NCBI GenBank assembly: GCA_963924565.1 | Contig: OZ004613.1 | Span: 12,958,001 to 13,022,000 of the forward strand | Reading direction: 5' to 3' | From: Ascidiella aspersa | Taxonomy: Eukaryota | DNA: 64,000 nucleotides | In this document: positions 11,601-24,100 of the stretch, piece after piece | Layout: every line of letters begins with the position of its first letter | Position numbering within the stretch: position 1 is the stretch's first letter | Made by a program: the position numbers and the translations under genes | Notes under the pieces: model-generated | Told to the model about the DNA's origin: nothing | What the model saw: only the letters and a program-made list of their open reading frames with translations | The model's database searches: none

Positions 11601-14600
11601 CACCATCACGAACTCGCTCTCGTTGAGCTTGAGCTGAATTAGGTTAGAATCCAGGTCAGGTCAATGAAAGCGCAAGTTTACGACACCCCGTTTTTTTTAA
11701 GATGGAAGTGTTAAGCGGAGGCTTTAAATTTTGAGCAAGGGGTGCGAAATCGGCCAAAAATAGCCTACTCCAAATCCGAGTCCCGAATCCGTGTGTCGTC
11801 CCCCCAGAAAAAAACGAATCCGACTCTTGAGTCCGAATCCGGCAAAATTTGCAACTTCGACGAGTCCCGAGTCCAGCTCCAACTCTTTATTTTAGAATAT
11901 TTCGGATGTATTATTCAGAAGAAGAATAGAAGAGTTCGAGAACAATAAAATAATATTATTTTAAAGAAAGCGACTTCTAAACTAAATTTTACGCTTTCAC
12001 CAGAAATGGATGTTTTTTATCATTTTTTTGTATTATCCAAGACTTGATCAGTTTATGAGAGCAACTGCTCAAAATTCAATTCCAACGATATAGCAACTCA
12101 ATAACCGAATCGTACAGAGCTTACTCTTTAACTCTCAGCCACAATTACAGAAATAGAAAACCTAACCTGACGGTTGATGTGGTCGAGAGCCAGCAGTGCT
12201 ACCCAGCTGCATTGTAACATTTTGATCTGGACCTCGATCTGGGAACAAAACGAAACGTGCCTGTTGTGAGTCCAATAAGTCGAACAAACATTTGTTCAGT
12301 CAGCTCAGGGAAACCGTTCTGTTGTGTGCTCATTGGTATGAAATTAATAATTGCCATGCGTGTAACGTAGGATCGGCCGGCGTGGCTTGCGCCAATTGGT
12401 CATTTGATAATACCGGATTTTTGTCCGAGATTACGGTGGTATCTCTACCAATCCAATAGTAATTTAATGCAGGTATTTTAGCCCTAATTTGCGATCCAAA
12501 AAATTTTACCTTTTATCCAATATTATTAGGTAATTATTAGCGGTAATTAAACTTCTTAACGGTAAAGCAATATTTAATAGCCTAAAAAACAGTTTTGGAC
12601 GTTTCGTTTCATACATTTTGCCAATTTTAAAATAGTTATGACGTCATTTGTTATCGGATCAGATCGCGATGCTTTTACCGAAATACCGGGTATCGAGATA
12701 AGAATTTAAATTAAGTATCGGACATCACTAGGAAGTATGCTCTCCTCAATGTTGCGTTAATGACGCATAACTAAACAACAACATTTATTCACTTTGGGTC
12801 TTTAATAATTAAATTCAAGGAATCTCAAGTAAGCGATTACTAAATTGGTTTAACAAATGCTGCTTCTTAAAGGAATGTCAATACTATTTGTCGATAAATT
12901 CTTGCTACAGACAAGAGTGACGTGAAAATCTGGCGTTTCGGTAGTAGCAGATTTGGAAAACTAGATTTGTTTCAGCTTTTTAAAATTAGGTTAGAATTAA
13001 AATTAGAGCATTTCAGTTTTTCCAAATTAGATTAGAATTAGAAGAATTGCCGAATTCTTAAAAAAATGAATTTCAATTAGAACTTAAACTACAATTACAT
13101 TTAGGTATTCACAACCAATTTAATTTAAATTGCATATTATTCTCATAGGAAATGTGAGCGTATTGTGACGTAACGTTGAACTCCATCGCTGGTTTGGAAT
13201 GTGGGCTAGCACCGGTGGAACATTTGTTTTTCGTGTTTCTTTTAAGTTCAAAATAAACTCTATACCTAAAATTACCGTTTACGGTGTTTAATAAGTGAAA
13301 ACACAATTATTTACAGTACAAGGGTCACTTGTTTCTTTTGTTCCTGTGACTTTATTACCTATAACTGGTGGATCATTAGTCCTTAAAAAGCAGTCATTCG
13401 TAATCAAACTCTATAGTTGGCCAAGTAAGTGCTGTGGGCCAATATAGTTAAACGTTGTGCGCAAGATGTTTCCAGGTATTTTCATTTTAAAACTAAACGC
13501 AGCTTGTTTGTGGTTTGCATCTGTTACCTCTAGCTTGGAGAAAAATGAGGAGTTCTTTGCCCACTCCACCATGATGTACAGGGTCTGGTCGGATATGTAA
13601 CAGACCCATTGGAAAGCGTCGTTCTCGAGGCTGCGTTGGTGGATTGGAAGGCCCTTAATCACCTGCTCCTTTAACTAATTAAAACAATGAGAGTTGGCGA
13701 ATATAAAGTGGTTACGTTTTGAACGTAAATTATATGAATTAAATAAAATACAATACCACAGCAATGAAAAATATAATCTATCACCTAAAATGAGAACATT
13801 CGTGTCCGCCCAGTTGTTAGATTTACCACCTTAAATTAAACTACATATACAAATTGGTTACAGTATGCACGGGTCTATAATGTTGCATAAAAATATTAAC
13901 GTTGTGAATTATGCTCCACATTCTTTATAAGTTGGCATTGAACAGTCATTCCACTGACGACGATACGATTACGTATGTAAACATCGTCTTTACGATGATG
14001 TTGATATTCTTAACATTTTCAATATATTGGTATAATGCTCGTTACTTTTTGGTCACTCGGCGCAACGTTTGAAACTACATTATTTTTAATAATGTTCTAA
14101 ACTTTATCGTGCTGCACATCTTAAAGCGGGCAACCTAAAAGCGCAGTTACCTGTAACAAGGTCTACAAACACTGTTTTGTCTTCTCAAGCTATACTCGCA
14201 AACAAATCGAAAAATAAGAGGTATGGCCACTCTCAATCAGCTCGGGTACGATACACAAGCTTGCTTTATACGCAGCAACAAGCAAAGCCCGCAGTTAAGA
14301 AAACTTTTTTAACTTTATTAAATAAATGTTTTGATCTATTTCGTATCCGTCTACAGTCTACACTGTTTCCTTAAGCTAAACTCACAAAAAAGCGAAAACT
14401 TAGCGCAACGGCAACTCACAATCAGCTCTGGCATTTGGCCGCGCAGCAGCTTCTCGATGAGAACGGGAACGTGCGTGGCCGAGTTAACGAAGCGATCGAC
14501 GTCGAACGAGGGAACGCAGTCGGGTTGCTTGGCGTCGGCGCAATACGGCGCAGCAGCGAAGGCCACCATTCGCGGGTGCTGGTACTCGGCGCCGTAGTGC

Positions 14601-17600
14601 TGGTAGGCTTCGGGGGCTAGCGGCCGAGAGAAGACTGGATCACCCCAGAGACCGCTCAGGCAGGTTAAATTACTCAGCACAGTGAACTTGGCGAGCGGGT
14701 GGCCGGTGCCATGGAATGCGCCTGGGAAAATCTGCGGCTGCGGGATGGCCAGGCTTTCCGGCCGGGGTAGGTAGCGCAGTTCGGGGAAGTAGCCACTGGA
14801 GATGGCAGGCATCGGCAGGGCGCCGGTTGTCGTCGGCGCCGTTGTCAGTAGGATGTGAGGCCCCTGGTGGAAGGACGGCATCTCAGGGCGCGTTGTGGCC
14901 AGCCACGGACCGGGGGTGTCTTCTGCGCCACCGAAGATGATATGCGGTCCTACGGACGGCGGCTGCGAACAGATACGAGGGTTATTTAGTAAAAAAAGGG
15001 TGCCCGGTGAAGTTTAATTGCCTTGGGTTATGCTTTTGCGAAATTCGGATTCAGTCAACACGCGGTTTAGAAACGAGCGAAACGAGTTGCACCGCTGATT
15101 GTTTTCGCGAAACGCGCTTATCATTATCGCGACCCAATTACGCGAAACGTTCTGTTCGAACGCCGCGCCGTTAAACTGAAAGCAGCCGCACTCGTTTCCC
15201 GGGCAGGTTTCTCGGAACTCGCTTTGCCGATGTTTAAGTCAAAGTTCAACGTCGGTCGCGCCCTGCAGCAGCTTCCAAAAGTTCGTGAACTAAAATTTGG
15301 CACAGCTTCAGCTTGTCAAGGTCTCGTTTGATTACGGACTTATGGTCTATATTCGGTTTGACGTGTCAAGGCAAACTTGTCGATTATTTGTCGAAAGGTA
15401 TAACCTACTATAAATAGCCTGCGGCCCGCCAGCAGTGATTTTTTTCAATGTCAAAAGGTTTTAATGTCATTTAAAAGGTTGCACAACAGAGTAATATAAA
15501 AAGGATCCAAACAATTATTACGTGCATGTAACCAAGGGTTTATACGTTGCTGTATCTCTTGCAGAAATTTTTGACTAAGCAATTGTTCCTATGACAACAC
15601 ACAACTAATTTTTTAAGCTCACTTGAAAATATGACCAAAATGTTTTTACTTTACCAGAATAGACGATAAAGTCTTTTCGACAAATAGCTATGAGTCATTT
15701 AGTTTAAACCAATTCAGTTCGCTTAGGTCGCTTAGTTAACCGTCAAGACTTTTTTGTTCAATGCAGAGGTTCTTGAACTGGGGTCCATGGAGCCCTTGGG
15801 GGTCCCGCTAGTTTTAGGGGGTCCATGAAGGCCAAATTAAAATATTAGTGTATATTTAAGAAGCAATCAATTTTCCAAAGAAAACAATTTTCATTAAAAA
15901 TAAAACGTTTTAGCACTGAATGTATTCAGACTCCATTTTACTTTCACATTTTTTGGACCGAAATCAACGTATTCCTGAAGTCTATTTGTATTGTGATTTG
16001 TGACGTCAAGTCATGACATTATATTTGAAAATTTCTAGTCTTCCGTAGTCCACGCAAAACAAAAAAAAATTAGAGGTCCACGGCCAAAAAAGTTTAAGAA
16101 CCCCTAGTTTAATGTGTAAAGACTTGATTTAATATTTTTTGTTTGTTATGAATACAAGTTATGCCGCAAATTCGTGAAATAAAACAAAAAAGGTGACCTA
16201 TAAAGAAAAAATTAAAGTGTATAGGCGTCTCAGTAGAAATAATTTTTTTTTGATTTTTGCTGACAACCGGTGATACGCAAAGTTTAGTGGTGATTTGTTA
16301 ATATTTTTTTCTGGCATATGGAAAATGACAAACAGCTATGAAAAGGCTTCACAAGAAAAATAACATCTTATGAAATTGTTGAGTAAACTGTTAAGTGAAA
16401 ATATAGAATAAATCAATGCAAAAAAATAACACAGAACTTTATAGCATGCTGTAACATAGGGAATAGGCTAAATCACCACCAAAAATCTCAGCAAAATATA
16501 ATCAAAACATTTTTCTAAATTAAAGATCGATTTGAGTCTCGGACAAAAACAAAGTAAGCTGCGAGATGAACCTAAAGCGATGAAACAGTGATCATCAAAC
16601 TACGGCAAGTAAGAAATTATCGTATTAGTTAGAAGTAGAGCAATTATTTTTAGAACTGAAAACAAAATCCACATCTGATTTGACCTAATACGAATACAAT
16701 GAAAAGTAAACGCATTGTTGTACTAAGTATACTCCATAAGTGTCGTGACATCGTCAGTCACTTGTTTCTGGTATTTTATTGACAACCGATTAATCACAAA
16801 TTAGTTATTTCTCATATATAAGCATCTTTAAAATTCTTCGTGGCATTGTAAAACAAAAACAACACTGAAAATGCCAAAGTAAAACAAGACGTTGGCTATG
16901 TTAGAAAATTGTTATTGAATGTGTAATACCGTTAAAACGTTGTTGAAAGTAATTTAAAACTACAGTTTCTAAAATATTCAACTGAACGATAATTACAGAA
17001 ATCTCACTACGTTTTTTTTTTAATTTGTTAACCCTTTTCGTGTATTTTGTAAACGACTTTTACTTGAATACATTTTGACCTAACGTGTAAATTTTGACAA
17101 GAACTTTTGGCGATAAGTTGAAAAAAATCGCCCCAGTTATAAATGCTACTGTATACTTTACCATAACTAAGTTGCCAGTTGCGGAGTAGTCGGTTTTTAT
17201 CTTGGTAATCTCGCTCATGACTTTTTCGTGGTGCTTTCTGGCCCGATCTTGCTTGTAAAGTGGCCCGAATGCATTCCTTCCTCCACGTACCCGATTTTTT
17301 CTCACGGCTGTGCAACATTTTTTAAATATTTTCAAATGTTAGCAATATATTAATGGCCTGTAGATTTTTCAGAAATATAATAGACAAACGGAAAAAGTAT
17401 TGTTTTGAAATGTGAGTTTGTTGTACACACGGCAGTGTTATAATGACTTAAGTCTTAAGTCCGTTTTTAAATGACTTGAATTAAGACTTTTTGACCAATG
17501 GCTTGACTTGGATTTAAGTCATTGCGTCAAAAAAACTCGGGTTAAAAATAAATGTTTTTATTTTACATTATTTTTATAAAATTGAGCTATTTATTTCATT

Positions 17601-19502
17601 TCTGCAAGTAAAACGATTAGATTGCTACATGTTGTTTATTTTTGTTGTTTGTGAGTTGAGGTACTGCTCATAATCGCAAGAGTTTAACCATTTTAATAGT
17701 TTATCGATTTATTTTTATAGAAGCCATTTAATTTGCTGACGTGCTCTAATATTGACTTGACTGGGACTTGACTTGGGTAACTGATGACTTGCCTGGGACT
17801 TGACTCGTTATGTTTTTTAAATATTTGACTGAAACTCAGGGCGTTATAAAATAACACTGATACATTGCCTCTTTGTACCGTGCGATTGTATTTTTCCATG
17901 TATTTATGCAAAAAAAATATTTTTTTATTATTGTTAACTTTCGTTATTAAATTTTATTTTTTATTATTATTTTAGCACTTTGTTTGATTCTAATAATGTC
18001 GGAATAAGATAACTAAACGGCTGCTAATCCGATAAAGGTTAACTTCTAAATTTATTGGAATTGAAAGAAAACCAAAAAAACCTAAATCAATTATTTAATT
18101 TACCTATAAGAAACTGTTCTTTAAAAGCCTTAACTTAAATTCTTGTGGGCAAACGATTTGACCGGAACTTAAGACATAAGAGATGTGGCTTATCTTGGTC
18201 TTGAAAAATCGATTATCTTACTTGGCGTATTGGCAAATGGAAAATATGAAGCTGTCACGTATTATTTTTAGTTCTTTTTACTTTGAAAATATTGCTTAAA
18301 TCAAATTAAGCCAACCCCTTCTAAAATTAACTTCATGAAATTACCTATTGCAGTAATTTGACTTGCTTTTGTAATCGCGACATGGCTTTGGGCAATTATT
18401 GGATTGGGCAGAGTCTTTAATAGGTATAGGCCTACGTTGAAAAAATGGTATAACTTTGTCATTCGGAAAAGACCTAAGGTGGACGTAAGTTGTTATGTAC
18501 TTTGCATTTGTGAGTTACTGCAATTTATTTGAGTTACATTTTTGCGTAAAAAATCAGATTACCTTCAACCTTCATGCCGACCTTTAGGCACTTCTGGTAG
18601 CGGCAGTGTTGGCATCCCTTTCGTTGCGCTTTGTCGATCAAACAGCGGCTGGTGTGGACGCATGTGTACTTCTTGTTGTTTTGCACCGTCCTCTTAAAGA
18701 AGCCTTTGCAGCTCTCACACGTCAAGAGGCCGTAATGATAGCCAGATACCTGAAAATTGCAGCGAAGATACATGTCAAACATAGTCTGACAATACGAACA
18801 ACATTTTTACACAGATTTGAAAAGAATGCCGAGCACATCTTAGTTAAGCATCTTGGAGGAAAGTTTTCCTCAAAGTATGTACAACAATCTGTTATTTCTC
18901 TAGTAATGGGGAACGTAAATCGCCATTTTGGCGGTGTGACATCTTACTTTTTTTAATTATTAGCTAGCGATATTTAAGCATTACGTATTGCCAACTTTAA
19001 GGGCATGTACACATTGACTTATGGTTCACATTGCAGTAGGTTAAATCAAATATTACGAAGTCTCAAACTTCTTCAATGTCATTTGAGTTAACTTCGACGT
19101 TTGTTCGAGCATTGTATTTTTAGAGGTGCTTTATTTAACTGCTATATCCTGTAACGGTTTGCAGATTTTATAGTTGTGGCTGCGTTTGTCGTACAAGAAA
19201 AAATAAGTTGGATTCTTTTATTGAAATGGCGCAAACATCTATTTTAAAAATCAAAGTAGCATTTGCGTTCACAAACTTACACTTTACATCCGAATTAATG
19301 GATCTTACCCAATGGTTACGTGCGATTTATCACAATATTTGTGCAATGCAGTTTGGCTCGTCCAAAACATTCAACCGATCCCTTTTCGCTTTTTGAGTGC
19401 TCTACCTGATATGCATAGTCAACTTAGATTTACATTAGCCTTAGTTAGGTGTACCTTATCGCCACAGACTGGACACGGCTCGTTGTAGCTCTTTCCCTTC
19501 AT
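8620..19502 (-). CDS. NR5A: Nuclear receptor NR5A (FTZ-F1/SF-1/LRH-1 family), ~527 aa. Exons 19502..19455, 18749..18563, 17307..17162, 14962..14420, 13674..13528, 12238..12167, 11633..11441, 8943..8850, 8773..8620
   Basis: C4 zinc fingers CPVCGDK|[24 protein letters not shown] with the NR5A P-box. FTZ-F1 box [26 protein letters not shown] motifs [42 protein letters not shown] and AF-2 LLSEML. All eight introns are GT-AG with matching phases; exons total 1584 nt. Confidence 0.95.
10922..10987 (-). CDS. Candidate 66-nt frame-preserving cassette exon of NR5A ([22 protein letters not shown])
   Basis: Flanked by tttttag| and |gtgaga on the minus strand. Phase 1-1, stop-free, and in frame with the flanking exons 7 and 8. 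Confidence 0.45.
15764..16106. mobile_element. hAT-type MITE, 343 bp, in NR5A intron 3
   Basis: TIRs CAGAGGTTCTTGAACT and AGTTTAAGAACCCCTA. 8-bp TSD GTTCAATG / GTTTAATG (7/8 match). Internal GGGGTCC motifs. Confidence 0.75.
17433..17859. mobile_element. MITE with subterminal GACTTGA repeats, in NR5A intron 2
   Basis: TIRs CAGTGTTAT...ATAACACTG, with many GACTTGA(C/A) motifs near both ends. TSD degraded. Confidence 0.6.
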
Positions 19503-20958
19503 GGCGTTAACAGCTGGTTTTACATCAGAAAATTAAACTACACGGTTATTTCGGTTAAAGTAAAACAACTCTGAAAAAGTCCAAATGTGGTATACAGTTA
19601 GGCACTCCTTTCAAGATTCGTAATCATTTTAGCATATGACGGAATAAGGTTTTTGACCTCATATTTTTATACTCATGGTTTCTGAAAAAACTTTTTATTT
19701 TGGAAAACGCATTTAAGTCTAAATTCGTTACCTTTGATCTGTGCAAAAAACCGAAGTTAGGTCGACCAACAATAATATTTTAAAACAACTATTACAGTTT
19801 CGTTTCAGTAGCTTATCCAGGGAGATAGCGTTTCGCAATATTTTGCAACGCCGCCAACTTTCGTTTATGCGCTACACCGAAGCCTTTCGTTAGCAAAAAA
19901 TACTTCTCCTTAATAACAACACCACAACGCACGTTGCTTTATGCCAGGAGTAGCCAACACCTCGATCGCGAGCGACCGGACGATCGCCGCATTTCACCTA
20001 TACTCAATCGCATCGAATATGTGTTACGTAATTATGGTAGCTGTTGCACACAAGCGGAACATTAAAATGACAAATGTTGTCTGGACAAGCCTAATAAAGC
20101 GTTCTTTACGTAACTTATTAAACTCCATCACTGGCTTGGAATGCAAGTAACGCTCAAAATGTTTAATGAATGTTTTTTTAAATTTTTTAACGAACCAATC
20201 GATCGAGAGTCTTTACAAATATTTCGGTCGATCGCAATTAAACATAAGTCGGCTACACCTGCTCAACGCAAAGAAGCACGCCAAACCTTTCCAGGATACA
20301 TATAATGAAAACTACAACACTTTTGCAGCACCCGGTCGCAGAGCAAAGCAATTACTGCGAGATCGACGATAATTTTAGCAGGGCAGGAGCCTATCACCCT
20401 GGACAAAGCGACAACCGGCATGGCGCTTTTTTAACGGCGATGGAAAAGAGAGGGGGCGGTGTTTGTCTTTGCAGTGTACCGGCAAACAGGCAATCGCGCG
20501 CGTTAATAATTGAGCGATTGTTTCATGGCGCGGGTTCCGCTAGAGATTGTGTCGCGTGTAAACGGCGGCCAGTCGCTCTTACGGTAAATCGCCGACGTTG
20601 GGTAACGCACTTACCGTAAACGCGCCGCGCAAACGTTAACGTTGGATTATACGGCTGACGGAGACTCCCAGGTGTCGCGGTGTACTTTGGGCCCTCGGCC
20701 CACGATTTTGTTTCTCTTTGCCTGTTCGGGTTCAAAATTTACACCGGAACAAGACCTTATTGAAAAGGTTTTATCACACACGATCGATCCTAGGTATTTA
20801 AAGGAAAGTATCTTAGGGCCAGGTGCAATCATTGTTTGTTAGTTTGTTGGAGAGAATTGGTAGGGGGAAGCTATACCTTTTTACAAAATCATATTGGGGT
20901 AAAAAGTTGTATTCGGTTCACTTAACAGATTTGAAGCAATTAAGATAAGTAAAAAACA

Positions 20959-21130
20959 CGATTGTTGAAATTTAAAAATTTTAGGGGAAATAATTTTTAA
21001 GGACGATCTAGTGCGTTGCACGTAATTAAGGCAACTTTTCCTGGCGATTGATGAAATTTAAAAATTTTAGGGGAAATAATTTTTAAAGACGATCTAGTGC
21101 GTTGCACGTAATTAAGGTAACTTTTCCTGG
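20959..21130. repeat. Tandem duplication, 2 x ~86 bp
   Basis: The unit CGATTG.TGAAATTTAAAAATTTTAGGGGAAA...TCTAGTGCGTTGCACGTAATTAAGG.AACTTTTCCTGG occurs at 20959 and 21045 with few differences. Confidence 0.9.
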
Positions 21131-24100
21131 TGGTTGGTCAACATAAGGTATTAACATCCCGTCGCCGTTCTTAATAACTCTGCAAACAACGGTGCTATAT
21201 CCTGTAAGTCTATGTAGTTCGACAAAAAATCGTAAATTTCAATATGGAAATCGAAACACGCAGAATCGTAACAAAAGTTAAGTTCGAAATTCGAGTCTCT
21301 GCCCTATACCAAGATGAATTACAACACACGTGAAATAGTAGTGTTTTAGCCTTTTTCCGCATTCTTTTTTATTTTTTTTTGATTTTAGAAATTAACTGAA
21401 TTCTTTGGCGACGCAATTATTTAATACCTAAGTGCATCTTTGAGTTTCACTTCGTTAAAGGTTTATAACAGCCGTCTTAACTATAACTTAAGAATTAAAA
21501 CAGAAACCCTGCACTGCTCAGTCAGGCGATAAATGTCTTTAGACGTTTCGAAAATTCAAAATTTTCATTCTCAGATGATATACGTTGTTTTAGGAATTTT
21601 GTTTGGTTATGATGGGTTTACGTAACTTTACTTAAATATGCGATTAGACATGAAGTCTTGAGTGTTATCCCTTCCATTTTAAAATAAGATTTGCAAAATG
21701 GCTAGGCCATCCAAGCACTTCCCTTCTGTCACAGGTCTGTATGATTAAAAGAAACACAGAACTACATATAACCCGAACGATGATTGTATTGCAAGTCAAG
21801 TGCAGCAATAAAATTCCATGAGGTAATAAACACCCCACGTGTAAACATATCTTTTAAGAAGTGTCGTTTGAGTATGAGGCCCGAGGAGAACAAGCATGTG
21901 TTTTATCTTATTCGGGCTGGATAGTTTTTCGGTTTGACTGTTTATTTTTCACGGACAAAACACAGTACTAGCAGTAAAATAAAAGCAACCAAAAGTTTGT
22001 TAAAATTATACAATATTTAAAATTTATGCAAACTTATTATATTTCATATGGGAGTATTGGCAAGCCTACTTACCATTCAAAAATCGATAGTAAGATTTGA
22101 CAATTACTCTTATAGGTTGAAAGAAATAAAAGTAGTCTATTATAAAAGACTTAAATGGCAACAACTTAAAACTCATTTACCATACATTTCACCCACTGAG
22201 TATGCCGCTGGTTTTAATTGTCTTTTAACCATGAAAAAGGTAGCTCGCTTTACTCACGGAATACATCGTGTAATTTTTCGTATAAAAGATGTTCGCAAAA
22301 TGGCTCGGTTTTAATGGTTTGTTTGCTTTACAAACATGCTACCCGAACTTTGGACCCGCTGTTCGGTTTGGTTTAAACTCAAACCATATTCCACCCGTTG
22401 TATGGCAGTTTTTATTCTATTTTTTTTTGTTACACTTAACAATAAATAGAAGGGCGGAAGAGACTAAAAAATAGCACCTGTTAAGAAGCGTCAGGTTGGC
22501 CCAGTCCATTTAATTCAGCTTTTTAGTTTTGTTCACACCTAGCATCTATTTCCAGACACCCTTGCCTCATTTCACCCTTGCCTCATGATATAATAGAACT
22601 ATCTCGTCTATATATAACAGCACAAAATGACTTAGGTTTCGAATTTTGTGTCATTAACTTCATCAACTCAAACTAAGTTTTACCATTGCAAATCTGCAAT
22701 TTCGAAATATCCGCCCTGCTCGCAAGCTATCATCCATTTTCTTTTGGCTGGTTCACCCCTGCAAAAATTTTATTCACCCTGGGCTGAACCATTCACCCGA
22801 TTAAGAAACACTGACTTGATTCATAAGTTTTCAGAATTTAAAGCACAATTATACTCAGAGTGTTTTATCGACTTGATATTAAAAAAAGAAAGTGTCGGTG
22901 ATGTCTTTCCCTATACTTACAACGGTACACAACGAACTGCGCATATAACCGTAAGCAATTCAACAAATCACAGTCAACACCAGTTCCAGTTACAGGATTG
23001 TATTGCAAGTAAATTCTAAGTTGTGAGAAGATCCAAGATGTAATTGCTTCCCAATAGCTTTCTATGTGTTGACAATTATAAAATAAATGCGATATAGTTT
23101 CAGGGACATGTGTGAGGTTGCCATGAGATAAAAAGAACATAGCATACGGCGAAAGCGACATTTTACGACGAGATTTTATCACTAATATAACCGCACGGAG
23201 GCGGTGTTGTATAATTAATACATTGTTGCCATATTTGCGTGTTGAATATCCAGTGTAGGCTACTCGTAACGTCAGTCGATCCATGCAATAACAACGGTAT
23301 ATCGTGCACACGACTATGTGATATGTATACTGAATGCAATAAAGTATTTTAAATGTTTTTCAGGATATAATAAGATATTTAAGCACAATACCTCATTTAT
23401 TAGGAACAACAATCAAAAACTTTAAATATTTTCAAAAGACTTTACTTTCTTGCAAAAATTTATCAACAAAATACAACAACGATCCATAGGTTCAGAGAAC
23501 CGCCACTATACATGCATACAATCCGATAAATAGATTGACGACGTATCATATACATGAGAAAAACATCTAAATGTAAAAATATGTAACACACAAATAAACA
23601 AAAAATATAATCATGACGTTCGCTATGTTCAGTTCCACACCGCCAACATTTTACAGGTGACGCTAAAAAAATGCTATGAAATAACTAAACTTGTGAACGT
23701 GGTGGTTCACAAAGGTGATGGCGTTATTTTTAAAATTTTAAGAATCCAATAGTTGCTTTATAGCATTGCAAAAATTCTCCTAGATATACAGTAGTGCACG
23801 GTTGATGTTCATTGTGTCAATGTCGTTTGTTGTCAATCTAGTTAATCACTTGTCGAAATTCCTGTAGTAGTGCTGTCACAGTCCATGTTTTTTATTTGCT
23901 GTAATCTTACGTTTTCTATAAAGATTTGGAAGCTCTTAAATAAGGTATAAATTAACGTGACCCGTCTCTAGAAACTTTGCTAGTCTTCAGTCCTTTATTT
24001 TGTGTTTCGTTTGATATCATTGTTTAGATTTCTTTTAACTTACGTAAATGAGAGACCGTAAATCATCAAAAATGATTTTAGCAGATGACGACTCTGTCAT

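Noticed and set aside
11741-13090. GAGTCC-, ATACCG/TATCGG- and TTAGAA-rich short repeat clusters that could look like spaced arrays
   Set aside because: Irregular spacing and no constant repeat-spacer unit; most likely decayed MITE subterminal repeats, not CRISPR.
19366-19378. AACATTCAACC resembling the miR-181 5' end inside NR5A (vertebrate NR5A loci lie near mir-181)
   Set aside because: Only the seed-side bases match, and there is no pre-miRNA-length hairpin.
21281-21311. GTTCGA...ACCA resembling a tRNA 3' half
   Set aside because: No A-box, D-arm or acceptor stem can be built.
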